The position numbers were made by a program, and so were the translations under genes. From contig CM074809.1 of the NCBI GenBank assembly GCA_037447605.1, positions 3,586,689 through 3,650,688 of the forward strand: 64,000 bases of DNA, given 5' to 3'. The DNA comes from Zygnema circumcarinatum SAG 698-1b (taxonomy: Eukaryota > Plantae > Zygnematophyceae). Under the pieces are notes generated by a model that had not been told where the DNA came from, searched no databases, and saw nothing but the letters and a program-made list of their open reading frames with translations. This document shows positions 1 through 11,390 of the stretch, in pieces; position 1 is the stretch's first letter; every line of letters begins with the position of its first letter.

Positions 1-411
1 ATCTCCATAGCGGCCGTGACGATGACGATGATGATGACGGCGATGATGGCGACGGTGGCCATATTCATACTCATCGTCGCTGCCCGAAGCTCCACCATTC
101 ATCGCCTCTTTAACATCAGCCGGTGCCTCGCTCACAGCATCCCCTCCGGCATCAGCGGTCTCGACATCATCTCCATAGCGGCCGTGACGATGATGATGAT
201 GGCGATGGTGCTCATATTGGTACCCATCATCGCTGCCTGAAACTCCATTGTCGAGCATGTTCGCATAGTTCTCATTTTCTGCTACAGCCACATCTGCATT
301 GACGCCGTCCAAGGGGCTCATCCGAGCGGATACGAGCCATGCGCTGGAGACGAGAAAAAGCCCAAACACTGCAATCACTCCCAGAGATTTCGAAGACATT
401 GACGAAGCCAT
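1..411 (-). CDS. Secreted His/Arg-rich repeat protein, 5' part (runs off window edge)
   Basis: Stop-free frame from ATG at 411 to base 1 (137 codons): MASSMSSKSLGVIAVFGLFLVSSAWLVSA|RMSPLDGVNADVAVAENENYANMLDNGVSGSDDGYQYEHHRHHHHRHGRYGDDVETADAGGDAVSEAPADVKEAMNGGASGSDDEYEYGHRRHHRRHHHRHRHGRYGD. It has a hydrophobic signal peptide, two copies of a ~55-aa unit and a TATAAATA about 125 bp upstream. Confidence 0.85.
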   Translation of the reverse strand, partial: MASSMSSKSLGVIAVFGLFLVSSAWLVSARMSPLDGVNADVAVAENENYANMLDNGVSGSDDGYQYEHHRHHHHRHGRYGDDVETADAGGDAVSEAPADVKEAMNGGASGSDDEYEYGHRRHHRRHHHRHRHGRYGD

Positions 412-533
412 TATTCCCTTCCCTTCTCTCCCCGGCACAGTTTCTGATCGTTCAAAAACGCTAACACCTTTCGGCAGACAAGTACTCTTTGCAGGCTGCA
501 CCGCTACTGCAACACACTCTCCTTCAAAGCTCT

Positions 534-668
534 TATTTATACTCGTCCGCTGCCGCCTCCACCGCCGCCTTAACGCCCTTCGCACGTGGGCATGAGGTAA
601 GCGCAACGCAGGGTGCCGATCGGCCGGACCTCTGCATGGCCCTGCATGGCCCTGCATGGCCTTGCATG
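534..668 (-). promoter_or_regulatory. Promoter of the His-rich gene: TATA box, G-box and four tandem RY (CATGCA) motifs
   Basis: TATAAATA on the minus strand at 541-534; CACGTG at 583-588; TGCATG (reverse complement CATGCA) at 633, 643, 653 and 663, an exact 10-bp period. Confidence 0.65.
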
Positions 669-1988
669 GCCGTCGGGTGCTGTCGTCGGAGGCGGCATGT
701 GGCACAGTCTTCGCGTTGACCACCCGTCCGTGACGTTACCTCTGCCTCGACGACTGGGTCGGTCATATCGTTGAATTTGACTCCCGGCCCGCCCAGACCG
801 TCCGTACAAGGCGAGCTGACCTGACGGAAGCTTCGGGGAAAGGCTGCGCGTTTACCTCTCCGCTGTGAACTTTAAGTCAAGTATCCGCCGATTAAAGTTT
901 GACACGAATGCAGATTTAACGTGGTCAAGTCCCAAACGGGTGTTGCCACGATGAAGACATGGGAACCAATCACGAGCCACCGACCACCCGTCAGCTGTGT
1001 TACTAGTGTACGCACATTGCCGAAAGGCGGCTTGTCGTTTGCTATAATCTCCATATCGCCGGTGTATCGGATCTGACGGACAGAACTTGCCGTCGCCGGG
1101 CTTCCGTCTCTGTACTTCCGCCGGCCACCCCACTGCCGGCCGTGCACGCGCCGGCGCAATGTGCCGGTAGCAGCCGGCCGGCGATGTGGCGATATATCGA
1201 CACTCATCGCAAACGACAAATGGGACTGCTCCGTCGCCCAATGGCTAGCCGATCCTGACTAGTCATTTTGACTACCAAAGAAGTCACGTCACGTCACATA
1301 ACGCAAGAGAGCCGAGGCTTGGTTGACCACTTTTGACCAAAAGAGTATGACCACCTGTTTGGATAAGTGGTCAAGTCGACTAACTAACGTGGAGGCTTCT
1401 CTCACTTCTAGCCACGCTCGTGTTGCGACGGAGTCCGTGTCAGCACGCGCTAGCGTGAAACTGAGGCCATGGAATACCATCACAAGGTTTGAATGGCGCA
1501 TGGAACACGAACAACACGAAAGTAGAAATGCCGAACATCGAACATGGGACAGCGAAATGTAAGCTACGGAATTTGAAGCTGAAACATACAGTACCCACAT
1601 GGAGCATGGAAATCGGTCATGAGGAGAACCACGAGGAGGACATAGCCTGGCAAATGGGAACACACCCAACATGGAACATGGCCCACATGGGACAGACACA
1701 ACACCATGCAATCTAAAGCATGAAAGCCAAGGTACTAACTGATGCTTTGTTGAACAACTCGGTGCGATATAGTACGAATGGCCGAGAGCTTATTCACAAT
1801 GGACCATGAGAGTACAAAAAAGGACCCAATGCCCCAAGTACACAAATTAGGGTATCCGCTCGTTAGCTGTACACGGCTGAGCTTGGACCGATTCAAAACC
1901 GACTCCCCTTATTGCCGATCGAATTTACAGATGAGGCTAATGATGTGGTCAAGAAATATTAAGGAAAGAAAAAGAATGAAAGAATGGT

Positions 1989-4157
1989 TCAGAAGTAATA
2001 TGTGGACAAGTAGGAGGAGGAAGCTCCGCTTGCAACCCATGGCGGCAGGACCTTCACCCACCCCTCCGTGACAGAATCTATGGCGTGGTCCAAAACGGCT
2101 AAGTCGATCCGGAGCTTTGCATTCCCAAGGGCCTGCATAGCGCCATGCATTGGAAAAACTTCTTTAGAAAACCTCAAACTCCTAATCTTTAAACTCTGGA
2201 ACGCTCAACCCTGAACCTTGAAACCTAAGCCTTAAAGCCTATACCCCCTAAACTATACTCAAACATAAAGAAAAACGATGGACTATATAAAACAAGGAAC
2301 AGATTATTTCAAATAGTTTGAATTGACCATTACAATTATTTTTTTGAGCTTAATAAGCGTGGCAAGATATGTAGGTGCTGAAAGAAAAAGGTACTCACCT
2401 CCACCCAGAACTCCCAATTGGAACTGTTACTTCCTCCATAATGAACTACATATGAAGGAGGCCCGTTTGCAACAGATTCAGGTGCTGCCAGGTGAAAACA
2501 ACAGAGGATGAGCCGCAAGCAAAGAAAAAAAAGCTTCTTTCTCCCTTCTCCCTCTCTTTCTCCCGCTCTCTCCCTTTCCACCTCACCTCCTTCACTCCCC
2601 CTCTCTCTCCCTCTCTCTATCTCTCGCTCTGAGTGCGAAATCTTCCAGCTACAAACTGATGCTTAATTACTAGAAATTTCTTGTTGTTGAACCAACGCAG
2701 GCAGTTTCTTGTTTTTAGGGTTTGCCCCATCTTGCTTTTCAATCATAAATACATATTTTTTAAATTCCACTCACTGGGAAGCTGTTCGTCGGCGAGAGAC
2801 CACCTCGTGAGAGGGCCCGTCACATTCAATATGGCGCACCACACTTGAGTCAAAGATCTGAAGGAGAGGGAGAGGGAGAGGGAGGGGAGAGGGAGTGGGG
2901 GAGGGAGAGGAAGAGGTTAGAAGTTTAGGGTTATCTCAGCATGGGGGTTCTGGTGCCTTCAGAACTTTTTCCAAAAATGTATGAACAACAAAAGGATGGG
3001 TTTTTACCCCAAAAAACCAATCTTCAAACCACAGCAACTGCAGACATGATCAAAGTTAAACCTTGTGGAATCTGCATTTTAAGTGGATTTAGGGTTTCCA
3101 GGCCTCACCCAAAGTTCAACTCAATGTGAATTTTTCGACGGAGATCAACTTCGCCCTTTTGGAGAGGCTGCAGCTCCGCCCCTCTCTCCAGAAGTTGCGG
3201 AAATCGGAAATTTATTTCGGAGGCATTCCACGATGGGGCTAACATTGAAAAAGAGCGATCCAAAAGATCGCTTATTGGCCAATAAGCCTGCTTTTCTCAA
3301 AACCCCAAAAACCAGAAACCCGTAAATAAAAACCCAAATCATGAATTTGAAAAAGTTGAACAGAAAGTTGTAAGACGTTTTGGTCACATGGAATCGCAAC
3401 TTTAGGTCTACATCAGATTGGCTTTAATGAAAGAAAATGTGTTAAAAACAAACGAAAAGTAATAGAACAAAAAAAAAGGGGGGGGGGGAAGGTATAAGAG
3501 GTGGAGGCACCATCATTCTTGTCCGGTCAGCAAGAAAAAGTTTCGCCTGCATTTCTTCGGGCTCCATTTTCAAAACTTCCGCCAATTGGGGCACATTTCG
3601 GAACACGAACAAAGCGTCGTTTGCGTCAGCGGTCGCAAAGTTGTGCTCCGACCACAACATGGTGCCCTCACCTGCAAAAAAGTCAACGCTTAGTCAACGA
3701 GTAGTCAACGCTACAAAATAAAAGAAAAAAAGAAAAAAACAAAAGAAAACAACAAAGAACTGTTGTCAACATGGGACAGAAGACCGTAGCCGCCCCTGAG
3801 CTCCGAAAAAAGACCCGAAATTCTCAAAAGAGTTTCTTGAATGATACGGCCCTGAAATCCTTCAACCTTTTTTTTTTTTTTTTTTTTTTTTTAGAAATTT
3901 AGTTTCTTTTTTGAAACCCTCATTTTACCTTGTGTCCAATAGATGCGCTGCATGAGAACGCGCTTTGGGGCCTCCGTACTGTACGGAAACAGGGTGCATC
4001 CGTACATTGCCGCAGCCAATGAGGTGTAGAGGAGCCCCCGGATGACGTGGGGGTGAGCCAACCAGCGGCCGACAGCTGGCACTGTCGGCGCCACCACGAG
4101 GGCGGTCATGGCGCCGGTGACGGCTGCGAAGATGACATCTGGCAGGTACGGCCCTGG

Positions 4158-4193
<36 letters not shown>

Positions 4194-5439
4194 GGGGGAG
4201 GGAGGGAGGGAGAGAGGGTGGGTGGGAGAGAGAGAAGGATGGAGGTAAGGGACAGAGAAATGGATGGGATGGAGCAGGGAAAGGAGGGCGGGAGGGAGGG
4301 AGGAAGGAAAGAGGGAGGAAGGGAGGGGAGGAGGGAGGGAGGGAGGGAGGGAGGAGGAGGGAGGGAGGGAGGGAGGGAGGGAGGGAGGGAGGGAGGGAGG
4401 GAGGGAGGGAGGGAGGGAGGGAGGAGGAGGGAGGGAGGGAGGGAGGGAGGGAGGGAGGGAGGGAGGGAGGGAGGGAGGGAGGGAGGGAGGGAGGGAGGGA
4501 GGGAGGGAGTGAGGGAGGAGGGAGGGAGGGAGGAGGAGGGAGGAAGGAGGGAGGAGGAGGGAGGGAGGGAGGGAGGGAGGGAGGGAGGGAGGGAGGAGGG
4601 AGGGAGGAGGAGGAGGGAGGGAGGGAGGGAGGGAGGGAGGGAGGGAGGGAGGGAGGGAGGGAGGAGGAGGGAGGGAGGGAGGGAGGGAGGGAGGGAGGGA
4701 GGGAGGGAGGGAGGGAGGGAGGAGGGAGGGAGGGAGGGAGGGAGGGAGGGAGGGAGGGAGGAGGGAGGAAGGAGGGAGGGAGGGAGGGAGGGAGGGAGGG
4801 AGGGAGGGAGGGAGGGAGGGAGGGAGGGAGGGAGGGAGGGAGGGAGGGAGGAGGGAAGGAGGGAGGGGAGGGGAGGGGAGGGAGGGAGGGAGGGAGGGAG
4901 GGAGGGAGGGAGGGAGGGAGGGAGGGAGAGGGAGGGAGGGAGGAGGGAGGGAGGGAGAGGGAGAGAGGGAGGGAGGGAGGGAGGGAAGGAGCGAATGAGA
5001 GAAGGAGCGAATGAGGGAGGGATGGACGGAGGGAGATTGGGAGGGGGGTAGGGGAGAAGGGAGGGTGGAAAAGGAGATAGGCAAGAAGGAACGGAGGCAT
5101 GGAGGGACGGAGGGAGATGGGGAGGGGATGGAGGGGGGGGAGGGAGAGAGGGAGAGAGGGAGAGAGAGAGAGAGAGAAGGGAGGCAGGTGGGCAGCGAGA
5201 GGAGGTGTACCCCATGGCAGCGGGTGCGTCCCGGACTGTCCCATTTTCTCCGCGAGGAACTGCGCGAAGATGGACCCGAACTGAGCGCAGTACGCGGAGG
5301 GGATGAGGGCCGGCAAGAGGTAGCCCACAAGGGACCTGCAGGGGGGACGAGCCTCGTGTTAGGGCCTCTCTCTCTCTCTCTCTCTCTTTCCCCCTCTCTC
5401 TCTCCCTCTCTCTCTCTCCCTCTCTCTCTCGCTCTCTCC

Positions 5440-5477
<38 letters not shown>

Positions 5478-6916
5478 CTGTGTCTCGCACTGTCTCTGTC
5501 TCTCTGCCACTCTCTGTGTCTCTCTCTGTTCATGTCGCCCTCTGTCTCTGTCTCTGTCTCCGTCATTTTCTGTCTCTCTCTGTCTCTATCTGTCCGTCTC
5601 TCTCTCTCTCTCTGCCCCTGCCCTATCTCTAGCTCACTCGCCCACGCGCGCTCCTCCCTCTCTCTCCGTGTGTCCGTTTTTTTTTTTTTTGCTGGCAGCA
5701 GAACATAAGCAATCGAACCTGTGGAGTCGTGGTTTGAAAAAAAAGCAGAAAACGGGACCGAAAAAAAAAAAGACATAGAGATTGGAGTTTTGAAACTTTT
5801 TTGAAACTTTTGAGGTCTTTGAGTCGACTGTGAAGGAGCCCCACTTACAGAGGTGAGTTCTGCCCGAAAAATTTCTGCCCGGAACGAAAAAAGAAAAGCC
5901 CGGGCAGCAAAAATATTGCGAGCCAAAAGGGAATGAATCCGCTGCCGGCTCCCGCCCAAGTGATCAGCTGTGACACGTGTCACACCCCATTTGTACCCTT
6001 CAGAAACTGTCAATTGGAAAACCCACATCACCCTAACATACGCTAAATTCCCTAAACCGTGAAGGTTGATAAAAGGCAAAGGAAGCAGCGGAACAATGGA
6101 AACCCTAATTCTGGAAACTGAACAAACCCTAAAATTTGAGGTATGCCCCAAAAAAAAAAAAAACTCACTATGGCAGCGAAGGCGTTGGCCCCAATGGTGC
6201 CGCCCCAATGGTTTGACCACTCGATTTTTACCTGTTCCATGAGCAAAGATCAGTTCAGTTCAGTTCAAATCCCAGTTCCAGTTCCCTTCCGTTCATTCGT
6301 TCGCTGTGTTTTGAAACAGCAGTTTCTATGCGAGGAAGGTTTCAGGAGCTTTACGGCAGATAGGTGTGAGGGTTTTGGGGAGAGGGGGAGAGGGGGAGAG
6401 GGAGGNNNNNNNNNNAGGGAGGGGGGGAGGGAGGAAGGGAGAGAGGGAGGGAGGGAGGGAGGGAAGGAGCGAATGAGAGAAGGAGCGAATGAGGGAGGGA
6501 TGGACGGAGGGAGATTGGGAGGGGGGTAGGGGAGAAGGGAGGGTGGAAAAGGAGATAGGCAAGAAGGAACGGAGGCATGGAGGGACGGAGGGAGATGGGG
6601 AGGGGATGGAGGGGGGGGAGGGAGAGAGGGAGAGAGGGAGAGAGAGAGAGAGAGAGGGAGGCAGGTGGGCAGCGAGAGGAGGTGTACCCCATGGCAGCGG
6701 GTGCGTCCCGGACTGTCCCATTTTCTCCGCGAGGAACTGCGCGAAGATGGACCCGAACTGAGCGCAGTACGCGGAGGGGATGAGGGCCGGCAAGAGGTAG
6801 CCCACAAGGGACCTGCAGGGGGGACGAGCCTCGTGTTAGGGCCTCTCTCTCTCTCTCTCTCTCTTTCCCCCTCTCTCTCTCCCTCTCTCTCTCTCCCTCT
6901 CTCTCTCGCTCTCTCC

Positions 6917-6954
<38 letters not shown>

Positions 6955-9900
6955 CTGTGTCTCGCACTGTCTCTGTCTCTCTGCCACTCTCTGTGTCTCT
7001 CTCTGTTCATGTCGCCCTCTGTCTCTGTCTCTGTCTCCGTCATTTTCTGTCTCTCTCTGTCTCTATCTGTCCGTCTCTCTCTCTCTCTCTGCCCCTGCCC
7101 TATCTCTAGCTCACTCGCCCACGCGCGCTCCTCCCTCTCTCTCCGTGTGTCCGTTTTTTTTTTTTTTGCTGGCAGCAGAACATAAGCAATCGAACCTGTG
7201 GAGTCGTGGTTTGAAAAAAAAGCAGAAAACGGGACCGAAAAAAAAAAAGACATAGAGATTGGAGTTTTGAAACTTTTTTGAAACTTTTGAGGTCTTTGAG
7301 TCGACTGTGAAGGAGCCCCACTTACAGAGGTGAGTTCTGCCCGAAAAATTTCTGCCCGGAACGAAAAAAGAAAAGCCCGGGCAGCAAAAATATTGCGAGC
7401 CAAAAGGGAATGAATCCGCTGCCGGCTCCCGCCCAAGTGATCAGCTGTGACACGTGTCACACCCCATTTGTACCCTTCAGAAACTGTCAATTGGAAAACC
7501 CACATCACCCTAACATACGCTAAATTCCCTAAACCGTGAAGGTTGATAAAAGGCAAAGGAAGCAGCGGAACAATGGAAACCCTAATTCTGGAAACTGAAC
7601 AAACCCTAAAATTTGAGGTATGCCCCAAAAAAAAAAAAAACTCACTATGGCAGCGAAGGCGTTGGCCCCAATGGTGCCGCCCCAATGGTTTGACCACTCG
7701 ATTTTTACCTGTTCCATGAGCAAAGATCAGTTCAGTTCAGTTCAAATCCCAGTTCCAGTTCCCTTCCGTTCATTCGTTCGCTGTGTTTTGAAACAGCAGT
7801 TTCTATGCGAGGAAGGTTTCAGGAGCTTTACGGCAGATAGGTGTGAGGGTTTTGGGGAGAGGGGGAGAGGGGGAGAGGGAGGGAGGGAGGGAGGGAGGGA
7901 GGAGGGAGGGAGTGGCGGAGGGAGGGAGGGAGGGAGGGAGGGGAGGGAGGGAGGGAGGGAGGGAGGGAGGGAGGGAGGAGGAGGGAGGGAGGGAGGGAGG
8001 AGGAGGGAGGGGAGGGAGGGAGGAGGGAGGAGGGAGGGAGGAGGGAGGGAGGGAGGGAGGGAGGGAGGAGGGAGGGAGGGAGGGAGGGAGGAGGGAGGGA
8101 GGGAGGGAGGAGGAGGAGGGAGGAGGAGGGAGGGAGGGAGGGGAGGGAGGGAGGGAGGGAGGGAGGGAGGGAGGGAGGAGGAGGGAGGAGGAGGGAGGGA
8201 GGGAGGGAGGGAGGGAGGAGGAGGAGGGAGGGAGGGAGGGAGGGAGGGAGGGAGGGAGGGGAGGGAGGGAGGGAGGAGGGAGGGAGGGAGAGGGAGGGAG
8301 GGAGGGAGGGAGGGAGGGAGGGGTGGAGGGAGGGTGGAGGAGGAGGGAGGGAGGGAGGGAGGGGAGGGAGGGAGGGAGGGAGGGAGGGAGGGAGGAGGAG
8401 GAGGGAGGAGGAGGAGGAGGGAGGGAGGGAGGGAGGAGGAGGGAGGAGGGAGGGAGGGAGGGAGGGAGGGAGGAGGGAGGGGAGGATGGGGAGGAGGGAG
8501 GGGAGGGAGGAGGGAGGAGGGAGGAGGGAGGGAGGGAGGGAGGAGGGAGGAGGGAGGAGGAGGCAGGGAGGAGGAGGGAGGGAGGGAGGGAGGGAGGGAG
8601 GGAGGGAGGGAGGGAGGGAGGGGAGGGAGGGAGGGAGGGAGGAGGGAGGAGGGAGGGAGGAGGGAGGGAGGGAGGAGGAGGGAGGGTGGGAGGGAGGGAG
8701 GAGGGAGGGAGGAGGGGGGAGGGGAGGGAGGAGGGAGGGAGGGAGGGAGGAGGGAGGGAGGGAGGGAGGGAGGGAGGGAGTGGAGAGAGAAAGAGAAAGT
8801 GAGAGAGAGAGCGAGAGAGAGCGCTCGCTACCTGCTCCTCCTGTGAGAGCGGCTGCCCCCCTTTCGAGTAGCCCCCTCCCTGGCGGACTGCCTGCGGGAG
8901 GAGGAGGCCCGCCATGGCTGCCGGGACGAACATGAAGACAGCGACCTCGGGACGCGCGTTCCTGCAGCAGAAAGTTAGGGTTCAGGGCCAGAATTAGGGT
9001 TAGGGTATGAAGGCAGAGGTTAGGGTTCAGGGCGAGAATTAGAGTATATTGAGCAAAGAAAGGTCTGGACTGATGCTCGCAAAGACCACTACAACCCTAA
9101 AATTTTGTATGCCTAAGGTTCATGAGTGTAAGGAGGCTACTTCCAAACCCTAACGCTTACCAGCTCATGTAACGTTTAGATGAGGAGACTCGAACTATGG
9201 CGAGAAGGACGGGAAAAACAATAGCCAGGATCCAACTCAGAACATAAAAGAATCCTCCTGCATACAATTAGGAGAGTGACGGAACCGAGCCCTGCCCGTC
9301 ATTTGGGTCAGGTGAAAAAAAAAGGCACGCCCATGTTTTAAAAAACAATCCTAAAGCCTCAAAATGACTGAAGGGAGACTCACCTGTCACGAGTTCGTCG
9401 TAGCGCTTTGCAGGAGTCTCTGCTCCGGAGGTTGCCTTAGAGGCTAAATGTGGCATAAGGGAGACGAGGCCAAAAAGGGAGAAATGGAGAGCAAATGCAA
9501 TTGGTCGGGAATAGTAAACCTGCAAAAACCCAAATCCCAAACAAAAAGCAACAAAGGTATATTGGTACAATGTGTTGAAAGCATACAGAGTATGCAAAAC
9601 AACAAACATTGAGTCTGACCCATAACCACAACATACAATAGTTCATAGTATGACTCTCTATACAATGCGAAGCATGGGAAACGAATACGACAGGCCCATG
9701 CAAGCCATGCAAAGCGGCTTAATGCCGCCTTGACGCGTCACGGCCACAGGTCGCACGGACGTCAATCGAACGGCGGAGGCGGCGGTGCGACTGAATCGGA
9801 CGGCGCGCGATAGATTCGTCGCACCCACTGTCGCCGACCGTGCGATAGGACCAATGGACGAGTCCCGCGACCTATGCGACGATCCATGCGACGCCCGTGC

Positions 9901-11338
9901 GACTGTCGAGTCCCTCCCCCCATAGAGCTTTCTACGAGGAATCCAACGCTCCCCTCCACTACTAAGCGAGTCCTTACCAGAAAAGGAACGGATTTGCCAT
10001 CCCAAATGGACGTTACCCAAAGGCTAACAAACTAGAACTATGGAACCCCTATATAGCTACCTCCATCCATAAGGCCTCAAGGTTGAAACCCTCAGCATGC
10101 CCACCAACAACAACATGCGATATATAGTACACCCCCCATGAAAGCCCGATCCTAGCCCGGGGCCCTCCTAAAGTTTGAAACCCTCCCCATGCCCACCAAC
10201 AACAACATGCGATATAGTACACCCCCATGAGAGCCCATGAAAGCCCCGTCCTAGCCCGCACCACGAGGAGGCCCCACAGGTCGAAGAACACGGGAGTGCC
10301 CTCTGCGCGCCGCGGCGCCGCCCACGATTCGCGGCGCCTCTCGCGGCGGCTCTTCAGCTCGGGGGCGGCCGCAAAGCCCGCGATGAGAGGGAGGAGGTTG
10401 TCCCCGCGGGACTGCAGGGACCCCGGCCTGCAGAACAAGCAAAATGGGAGAGAGAGAGAGAGGGAGGGAGAGGGAGAGAGAGGGAGAGGGGGAGAGAGAG
10501 AGGGAAAGAGAGAGAGAGGGAGAGAGAGGGGGAGAGAGAGGGAGAGAGAGAGAGGGAAAGAGAGAGAGGGAGAGAGGGAGAGAGAGAGAGGGAAAGGGAG
10601 AGAGAAGGAGAGAGAGGGAGAGAGAGAGAGAGGGAGAGGGAGCGAGAGAGAGAGGGAGAGAGAGAGAGAGGGAGAGGGAGCGAGAGAGAGAGAGAGGGAG
10701 AGAGAGAGAGAGAGGAAGAAGAGGGGAGGGGAGGGGGGAAAAGGAATATCCTTGGAGAGTTTCGAGAAAGCTTAACCTAAAGGGCATCAAAAAAAGGGAG
10801 GGAGAAGAGAGGGAGGGGAGCAGGCGAGGGATGAACAAGAAAAACAAACATTTCTGAAACTGAATGCACGTGCGTAAGAAAGGCGGCGTCCAAGTTCACT
10901 TTTGAAGTTTCCCATGCTTGCCAAGAGTGATGTATGGGAAGCCAACCAATGATGAGAAAAGCTTCGACCAGAATTTGCTCACAATATGTTTTCCGGTGTG
11001 TCGAAGGGCGTGTGATAAAAGTAGCCGCGCAGCGTTGTGACCATATCCAGTCCCGGCACATCGTCAAAGTCGCGGCACATGATTCGGTAGTCCGTCTCTC
11101 CGGGCACCAGGGGGAACACATCCTGCCACGTGGCAACCTCCCATTGGCTTCAGCAATCTGGAGGAGTCAGAACCCACATCTGTAGCATAGCGTGACAGAA
11201 GACTGAATCGAGCAATTCATCGTCTGTTTTACGGATAACGGATATCTGTTAATGGGATATAGACTTAAAGCACCTCCATTTTTATCTTGCTTGTGGGAGA
11301 GTGAGAGACAGTGGGAGGGAGAGGGTGTGTGAGAGGGG

Positions 11339-11390
<52 letters not shown>

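Noticed and set aside
16-240. Plus-strand Met-rich 74-aa ORF
   Set aside because: It is the antisense shadow of His codons (CAT) in the minus-strand secreted protein.
1289-1760. ORFs and repeated CATGG words downstream of ERMP1
   Set aside because: No recognisable domain or splice structure. Reads as low-complexity 3' flank.
6258-6275. GTTCAAATCCC resembling a tRNA T-loop or B-box
   Set aside because: It is part of a CAGTTC microsatellite, with no cloverleaf or A-box.
3891-8935. Very long ORFs (e.g. 4106-6220, 3891-5510, 7620-8846) resembling extensins or RGG proteins
   Set aside because: They are translations of stop-free (GGGA)n/(CT)n intronic tracts. Only short embedded ERMP1 exons are real.
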